Assembly (NCBI GenBank): GCA_035944075.1
Contig: DASZBO010000017.1
Span: 13,090-77,089 of the forward strand
Reading direction: 5' to 3'
Origin: Sphingomicrobium sp.
GTDB taxonomy: Bacteria > Pseudomonadota > Alphaproteobacteria > Sphingomonadales > Sphingomonadaceae
DNA length: 64,000 bases
Shown here: piece by piece, positions 58,544 through 64,000 of the stretch
How the letters are laid out: each line of letters opens with the position of its first letter
Numbering within the stretch: the stretch's first letter is position 1
Program-made: the position numbers and the translations under genes
The notes under the pieces: model-generated
The model's input: only the letters and a program-made list of their open reading frames with translations
Databases searched by the model: none
What the model was told of the DNA's origin: nothing

Positions 58544-59290
58544 TCAAATCCCCGCGTACCACTCGTAATCGGCATTATCTTCCCAGTAGCCGCCGTTGCC
58601 ACCGAACGCGCTATGTAGGCTCTCGACCGCTTCGATCCGCTGAATATACTTCGCCTGCTTGTAACCGAGCTGCCTTTCGACCCTGAGACGCAGCGGCGCT
58701 CCATTCGGAACCGGCAGCAGATGACCATTCATGCCCCAGGCGAGGATTGTCTGCGGGTGAAAGGCATCGATGAGATCAATGCTCTCATAATAGGGTTTGT
58801 CGCCGATACGGTCCGCGCAATGAAACACGATGTATCGTGCCCGCGTGCTGAGGCCTGCATGATCAAGAATGCGTGAAAGCGGCACGCCGTGCCACTTGCC
58901 GATCGCGCTCCAGCCTTCGACGCAATCGTGCCGCGTTATCTGCGTGCGGTGTGGCAGCGTTCTCAGCGTCTGCATCGATATCGAAAGCGGCCGGGCGACC
59001 AGTCCGTCCACGGCCAACCGCCAGTTCGTAAATTGCTCTTCAACGTGCCGGGCATAGTCATCGCCGCCAGGCATGGCCGTACCGTTTGAGCGAAATATCG
59101 GCGAAAGGTCGGCTTCGTTATACTCGCGCGCGAGTGCATCGCGGGAGGAGATCAGTCGCTGACTGGCCATGGTCAGCTTCTCGGCGGACCGCAGCACGCT
59201 TCGAAATTGGCCGTTGTTGGTGAGGCGGTCACAGCCGCCAAGCAAAAGGCTGGACGAGCCCGTTACGATCAAATGGCGGCGCGTAATCAT
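58544..59290 (-). CDS. Molybdopterin-dependent oxidoreductase (sulfite oxidase/MsrP-like), Tat signal
   Basis: ITRRHLI, WRLAVDGLV, HDCVEGWS, NGAPLRLRV, YKQAKYI, GGYWED. Confidence 0.92.
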   Translation of the reverse strand: MITRRHLIVTGSSSLLLGGCDRLTNNGQFRSVLRSAEKLTMASQRLISSRDALAREYNEADLSPIFRSNGTAMPGGDDYARHVEEQFTNWRLAVDGLVARPLSISMQTLRTLPHRTQITRHDCVEGWSAIGKWHGVPLSRILDHAGLSTRARYIVFHCADRIGDKPYYESIDLIDAFHPQTILAWGMNGHLLPVPNGAPLRLRVERQLGYKQAKYIQRIEAVESLHSAFGGNGGYWEDNADYEWYAGI

Positions 59291-60057
59291 CGTCCGGCGG
59301 TCTCCGGTGGGACCCGAAAGCGTCCCGTGACCATCGATCGGATTTCGTTGAGCGGGCCGGCCAGCAAAACCATCACGAGGTGGACGATGATGAATGCGAG
59401 GAGCGCCATCGCGCAGATAAAGTGGATTGAACGTGCGGACTGCCGCCCGGCAAACATCTCAAGGAGCCACGGCCACGCAGCATCCATCGCCGGCGACATC
59501 GTGAGACCGGTGAGGAGCATCAGCGGCAAAAACAGGAAAATGACGCTGACGTAGCTGAGCTTCTGAAGGATGTTGTATCGTAGCGCCGCTTCGCCCGTGG
59601 GAAAGCGAAGGCGCGCGTGCTGGCGAATATCCTCCCAGATGTGGCGGGGCCTTAGTTCCTCAGCCGTCGGCCGGAGGTCGCGTTGCGCGTGCCGGTTAAG
59701 AAGGCTGAGCACGATAAACAGAATGAGCCCGATCGACAGTAGCCAGGCGAAGGCCAAATGCCATCGGCGCGCCGCGGCAAGATTGTAGGTCGAGGGAATC
59801 GTTGCCCAACCGGGGATTGGGCGCCCGCGGAACGAGAGCCACGAATGATCGAAGTTTGCACCAAATTTGCCCCAGTAGAGGTGCGGATGAGCGTTGAAGA
59901 TCATGAGACCGGACATCAGCATGATGAACACGGTCAGCGCATTCACCCAGTGCCACAGTCGCGTCGGGAGGCGGTGACGATAGGCGGTAATAGCCGTTGG
60001 TCTCGGCGGAAGAGGACTGGCCTCGAAGCTTTCGGTGTTCGCCGCAGCATCGTCCAT
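59287..60057 (-). CDS. Cytochrome b/b6-domain membrane partner of the Mo enzyme
   Basis: TRLWHWVNA, ARRWHLAF, YNILQKLSY, ARSIHF, HLVMV. Confidence 0.9.
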   Translation of the reverse strand: MDDAAANTESFEASPLPPRPTAITAYRHRLPTRLWHWVNALTVFIMLMSGLMIFNAHPHLYWGKFGANFDHSWLSFRGRPIPGWATIPSTYNLAAARRWHLAFAWLLSIGLILFIVLSLLNRHAQRDLRPTAEELRPRHIWEDIRQHARLRFPTGEAALRYNILQKLSYVSVIFLFLPLMLLTGLTMSPAMDAAWPWLLEMFAGRQSARSIHFICAMALLAFIIVHLVMVLLAGPLNEIRSMVTGRFRVPPETAGR

Positions 60058-60244
60058 CAGGCGTTTGCAATAGCTCAGATGGAGCGGCTCGTCAGCACCG
60101 TGCGGAACTGGGATAGACAAGAGGTCCGCCCGGTTCAGACTTCGGCCGGCTACCTCTTGAACGCGGGACGGGTAGGCGGGCGCCCGTCCGCGCGACAGGC
60201 ATCATCTGTCCCTCATCGAGACACTGACGCGCCACAATAATCAT

Positions 60245-60261
60245 GTTAACCATACGTTAAC
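60245..60261. promoter_or_regulatory. CtrA-type box (perfect in both orientations)
   Basis: GTTAA CCATACG TTAAC, 40 bp upstream of the PEP-CTERM start at 60301. Confidence 0.72.
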
Positions 60262-60300
60262 TATGATATTAAGGGCCGCTTCCTAAAAAGGAGGGGCGAC

Positions 60301-60963
60301 ATGGAACGGATCGTGGGCGTTTTTGGCGCAACCGCACTAGCCGTATCGGCTTTGATCTCCAGCGCATCGGCGAGCGCTCAATCGGTTCCTCAACGGACAA
60401 TCACAATCGATGAGAATGGGAAAGGTACCGTAACCGCTGTTGGTGCACCGACCGTAACCCTCGCGTCGGGCGTTGGAACCGACCCCGGTCCGGGCGGCCT
60501 TAGCAACGTCCTCTTCTATACCCTTACAACGGGGCTCAACGCCGTCACGGGAGACGTTTATCTCCAGGACCTGATCAACGACCAACTGGTGACGCTTGAC
60601 GTGATCCGCTTCAATCCGGGTCCCGCTGCGACAACCGCGCTGCCCGGCAGCATCTTCTTCTATTCGGACAATATCGACGGGGTGGACAACCTTGGGGACA
60701 CACCCTCTCCGCCAGGAGGGGCCTATTCCAATACGGTCACGTTGCGCGAGATTGGTCTTGAAGGAATTGGCGACGGAGCTTCGTACACGCCGACGGCAAA
60801 TCAGCCTGGGTTTATCTCGGGCCAAATCACGACCTATCTCTTCATTAGCGATAGTGCCGTCCCGGAACCCGCAACGTGGGCACTGATGATCGCTGGCTTT
60901 GGAGCGATCGGATTTGCCGCGCGGCACCACCGTCGCGCTCGCGAAAGACTAGCGGGCGCCTGA
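60301..60963 (+). CDS. PEPxxWA-CTERM surface protein
   Basis: AAGGAGG RBS, signal peptide, VPEPATWALMIAGFG-TM-RHHRR. Confidence 0.9.
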   Translation: MERIVGVFGATALAVSALISSASASAQSVPQRTITIDENGKGTVTAVGAPTVTLASGVGTDPGPGGLSNVLFYTLTTGLNAVTGDVYLQDLINDQLVTLDVIRFNPGPAATTALPGSIFFYSDNIDGVDNLGDTPSPPGGAYSNTVTLREIGLEGIGDGASYTPTANQPGFISGQITTYLFISDSAVPEPATWALMIAGFGAIGFAARHHRRARERLAGA

Positions 60964-61186
60964 ACCGGGATCGGCTCTCAACGAGCCGGTCTGAGCTCGG
61001 CAAGTTCACCAGCCGTGCGCATGATGGGTCTTTCCTGGGTTCCGCTTGCGGCAAGGCGATCTCTCACCGCTGTACAAAATATCGGGCTGACAGGTCGAGA
61101 CGTCGGGCATCGGGGAAGGTGGTTCGTTATCGGGTTTCCGATCGGGAACCAAATCGTCAGTGTCGCAGGCTACACGGCCGCCTACT

Positions 61187-61202
61187 GTTAATTTTTTGTT
61201 AA
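61187..61202 (-). promoter_or_regulatory. CtrA-type box
   Basis: Minus strand TTAA CAAAAAA TTAAC, perfect consensus, intergenic. Confidence 0.65.
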
Positions 61203-61204
61203 AT

Positions 61205-61281
61205 AGGGTAGGGCTCGACAGCCGGAAGGACTCGACCTCCCGCCGGCAGGGCTTGTTCGGCTTGCCGGACGAGCCCTTTTT
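61205..61281 (+). ncRNA. Candidate small RNA or attenuator leader
   Basis: GC-rich structured segment between a CtrA box and a strong terminator; no ATG; CCTCCC motif. Confidence 0.4.
61248..61281 (+). terminator. Intrinsic terminator
   Basis: AGGGCTTGTTCGG-CTTG-CCGGACGAGCCCT-TTTT (13-bp stem including G-U pairs). Confidence 0.8.
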
Positions 61282-61379
61282 GCGCCGCTGCGCGCGCGTT
61301 CGATATGCGTTAGGGCGCGAGTTTCTTGCGACCCACTCTGTTGACGGACCGGGTTCAGGCGAGTTGACGGAGAAATTGC

Positions 61380-61955
61380 ATGCCCATGACAACGACCCAT
61401 GCGCTGGTGCCGCTCGCAGCGACACTTGCGTTTGTAGACCGGCCAATTCCCTGGAGACTGGTCCTCGTTGCCGCCTTCGCTGCGGCCGCACCCGACCTTG
61501 ACGGTCTGTTCAAGCACTTCCTGCATCTGCCGGTCACATCCATTTACGCGCATCGCGGCGCTGCGCACGCATTGTTCACGGCGTTAGCGGCCGGCTTCCT
61601 GGCCGCCGTATTCCACCGGCCGCTGGGAGTGCGGCGCCTTACGGCGGGAGTGGTCGTCGCCGCATCGATGGCGAGCCATGGCTTCCTCGACATGATGACC
61701 AATTCCGGACTGCCGGTTGCCTATCTCTGGCCACTGAGCTCGATGCGGTTTTTTGCGGACTGGCGCCCGATCCAGAGCGGCCCGGTGCGGGTCGCCCATT
61801 TGCTCCCGGACACCCTCATTCGGTTGCGATTGGAAATGTGGCAGCTCATCATGCCGATGTTTGCGATTGCGCTCACGATCCGGGCGTTCCGGATCCTTAT
61901 CGGCAAGCGCATTTCCGACAACAGGCGTCCGGGCCTCCCGTCGACCCCGGATTAG
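61380..61955 (+). CDS. Membrane-bound metal-dependent hydrolase (YdjM-like)
   Basis: THAL, APDLD, HRG..H, SHGFLD motifs with TM segments. Confidence 0.85.
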   Translation: MPMTTTHALVPLAATLAFVDRPIPWRLVLVAAFAAAAPDLDGLFKHFLHLPVTSIYAHRGAAHALFTALAAGFLAAVFHRPLGVRRLTAGVVVAASMASHGFLDMMTNSGLPVAYLWPLSSMRFFADWRPIQSGPVRVAHLLPDTLIRLRLEMWQLIMPMFAIALTIRAFRILIGKRISDNRRPGLPSTPD

Positions 61956-62005
61956 ACCGGGAACGGACGAGTTCGGCAATCGACTTGGATACCGTTGACC
62001 TGATC

Positions 62006-62332
62006 TTAGCCGATCCGGGACGGCCGGTGGCGGGGAACCTGCCAATGCGCTCGCTTGGCACTTGGCTGAACCATTGGAGACGGGGCGACGTACGTGTCTC
62101 CTGCGATGTTAAGGTCAAGTACGCCATCCAGCATGGCCTGTGTGATCATGTGAACCCTGTTGCGGGCGCATAGCTTGAGGCGAATATGCTCGACATGGCG
62201 ATCGACGGTGCGCGGGGCGATCCCGATCTGATCAGCAACTTCCTTCGCCGAAAGGCCCGCTGCGATCATTTCAAGGATCTGCTGCTCTCGGGCCGAAAGC
62301 ACCCTCCGCGAGTCGACGACGGTCCAAGCCAT
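62006..62332 (-). CDS. Stand-alone LuxR-type HTH regulator
   Basis: GGAGGAG RBS; LSAREQQIL..IAAGLSAKEVA..IGIAPRTVDRHVEHIRLKL. Confidence 0.88.
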   Translation of the reverse strand: MAWTVVDSRRVLSAREQQILEMIAAGLSAKEVADQIGIAPRTVDRHVEHIRLKLCARNRVHMITQAMLDGVLDLNIAGDTYVAPSPMVQPSAKRAHWQVPRHRPSRIG

Positions 62333-62579
62333 TGAGCGTGCTCCTCCGGCCCGGAAAACGAGCCTTAACGACGCACCGCGAACGGTCCGTCCTACCGAGA
62401 CGGAAGCGGCCAATTGGTAATCCCCAGTTTAACGTGCCGCGCGGGAACTAGCAACCGCTCGTGCCAAGAATACCGGTAGAATCGTACACGGGAAATCACC
62501 CACGCAGATCACCGGATAGACCCCGTGTTCGAAAAGGCGCTTATTGATTTTGCGTAAATGAACGAAGGGGGCAACATTC

Positions 62580-63248
62580 GTGATTACGCTTTGTACTTCC
62601 AACAATTGCGAATCAACTCAGACGGCGCCGACGATTCTCATGGTTGAACGCGGCACAACTATCTACAGCGAAGGCGACACTGCAAACTTCTGGTATGAGG
62701 TTTCAGCAGGGACCGTGCGAACGTGCCGGTATCTCGCCAACGGGCAGCGTCACCTCACGGGCTTCTATTATCCCGAGGACGCGTTCGGGCTCGATCTCGA
62801 GGTCTACCGCGAAACCGCCGAATCCGTCAGCGACGTCGTCCTTTCGCGCCACCCAACCCGGGCCGACCGTGACATAGCGCATGCGCGTGACGGCATGCTT
62901 GAGAAAGCGTGGGAGCAGGCCCGCGAGAGGATATTCCTCTTCGGCCACAAGACCGCGGCGAACCGAGTTGCCGCCTTCATCCTCGAAGTGGGCGAGCGAA
63001 CCCACGCATCGGGGCTCGAACTCCCGATGAGCCGGAGCGACATTGCGGACTATCTGAACCTCACGCTTCACACGGTCAGCCGCACGATCTCCGACTTTGC
63101 GCGCAAGGACCTCATTTCGCTCAACGGTCCCCAGAACATCCGCATCGTTGATATAGATGGCCTGCGTGCGGTTGCGGGTGACCAACATGAGGCCCCCAAT
63201 TATTCCTACGCGTCCTCGCACACGGATTTCCCATGGCCCACAGTATGA
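62580..63248 (+). CDS. Crp/Fnr-family (FixK-like) regulator
   Basis: IYSEGD, GQRHLTGF, GHKTAANRVAAF, LPMSRSDIADYLNLTLHTVSR. Confidence 0.9.
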   Translation: MITLCTSNNCESTQTAPTILMVERGTTIYSEGDTANFWYEVSAGTVRTCRYLANGQRHLTGFYYPEDAFGLDLEVYRETAESVSDVVLSRHPTRADRDIAHARDGMLEKAWEQARERIFLFGHKTAANRVAAFILEVGERTHASGLELPMSRSDIADYLNLTLHTVSRTISDFARKDLISLNGPQNIRIVDIDGLRAVAGDQHEAPNYSYASSHTDFPWPTV

Positions 63249-64000
63249 CCTGGGTGTTGCGCGCCTCCGCATGCGCGGCCGCCGTCGCCGTTCAGCTCAC
63301 CAGCCCGGCAAAGGCAGCCGGCGAAGAGAAACCCCAAGCCGAACTCAGCCGCCTCACCGCCGAAGTGCAGGCCCAGACAAAGCTGCTGCACGATCAGGAA
63401 GCCCGCATTGAAGCCCAGCAATCCGAGATCCAGGATCTGGAGCGACGGCTCGACAATGAGCTTGCGTCCCTTCGCGGCACCGGGCTTGGCCAAACCGCCA
63501 GTTCACTCTCGTCGCCACCTGCCACTCCTGGTGGGCCCGTCGGCGAGGCACCGCCGCAAGATACGCTCGGCCGCGCGGAGGTCCAGGCAATCCCGCGCGA
63601 ACTTGGAGTCCTGACACCCGCTGGGCACCTCGTCTTTGATCCTTCGCTCGAATATTCGCGATCGTCGGACAATCGCCTCGTGTTTCGTGGCATCGAGCTC
63701 GTCCCGGGAATCCAGATCGGGCTCATCGAAGCGAGCGACGTCAACAGTGATACCGTGATCGGTACGTCGGCACTGCGTTACGGTTTGAGCGACCGCCTCG
63801 AAGTGGAGGCGCTACTCCCCTATGTCTACCGCAACTCGCTCATCAAGGTGGTCGAACAGCGCGATCAGAGTATCGTTCGCACCATTCAACTGAAGGGGCA
63901 TGATATCGGCGATGCCGAGGCGACGATCCGCTACCAGTTGAACAGCGTCAAACCGCTGCGGCCGATCTGGATCGCAAGTCTGCGCATCAAGAGCGACACT
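63245..64000 (+). CDS. FapF-like outer-membrane transporter (signal peptide, coiled coil, beta-barrel); 3' truncated by the window
   Basis: Own translation (missing from the ORF track because there is no stop): MTWVLRASAC..., Q/E-rich coiled coil, GVLTPAGHLVFDPSLEYS, RYGLSDRLEVEALLPYVYR, DIGD, LRIKSDT; ATGA overlap with the Crp/Fnr gene. Confidence 0.75.
   Translation, partial: MTWVLRASACAAAVAVQLTSPAKAAGEEKPQAELSRLTAEVQAQTKLLHDQEARIEAQQSEIQDLERRLDNELASLRGTGLGQTASSLSSPPATPGGPVGEAPPQDTLGRAEVQAIPRELGVLTPAGHLVFDPSLEYSRSSDNRLVFRGIELVPGIQIGLIEASDVNSDTVIGTSALRYGLSDRLEVEALLPYVYRNSLIKVVEQRDQSIVRTIQLKGHDIGDAEATIRYQLNSVKPLRPIWIASLRIKSDT

Noticed and set aside
58143-58562. N-terminal half of the 274-aa ORF 57738-58562
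   Set aside because: Not protein-like; a lipoprotein signal begins at 58142
62544-62557. FNR/FixK half-site TTGAT upstream of the Crp/Fnr gene
   Set aside because: The second half-site (CGTAA) has three mismatches to ATCAA

Overview
This is an alphaproteobacterial window, sphingomonad-like by gene content, dominated by cell-surface functions. In order it contains: (1) the 3' end of a Trb (P-type) conjugative cluster, trbJ-L-F-G-I. (2) Three PEPxxWA-CTERM surface-protein genes and a short ManC. (3) A second, tightly coupled but reduced VirB operon (B1-2-3-4-6-9-10-11) with no B5, B7, B8 or D4. (4) A roughly 40 kb Wzx/Wzy-type exopolysaccharide locus. It has a priming transferase, Wza/Wzc/kinase, a TPR lipoprotein, an exosortase (XrtV-like) with EpsI, EpsD and an accessory protein, many glycosyl-, acyl- and methyltransferases, an FkbH-like enzyme, a DUF1996 protein and a GH-like secreted protein. 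(5) An MsrPQ-like redox pair, a fifth PEP-CTERM gene, a YdjM-like hydrolase, a LuxR-type and a Crp/Fnr-type regulator, and the 5' part of a FapF-like outer-membrane channel gene. Four observations stand out. CtrA-type boxes (TTAA-N7-TTAAC) lie upstream of all five PEP-CTERM genes, with a near-match upstream of the virB operon. A WecB/TagA glycosyltransferase is fused across a membrane helix to a SleB-type cell-wall hydrolase. A CtrA-box-preceded structured RNA or attenuator sits at 61.2 kb. A Fap-like amyloid exporter gene is coupled to a Crp/Fnr regulator. I recognised no tRNA, rRNA, CRISPR array, integrase or transposase. All family calls come from motif recognition by eye, not database searches.
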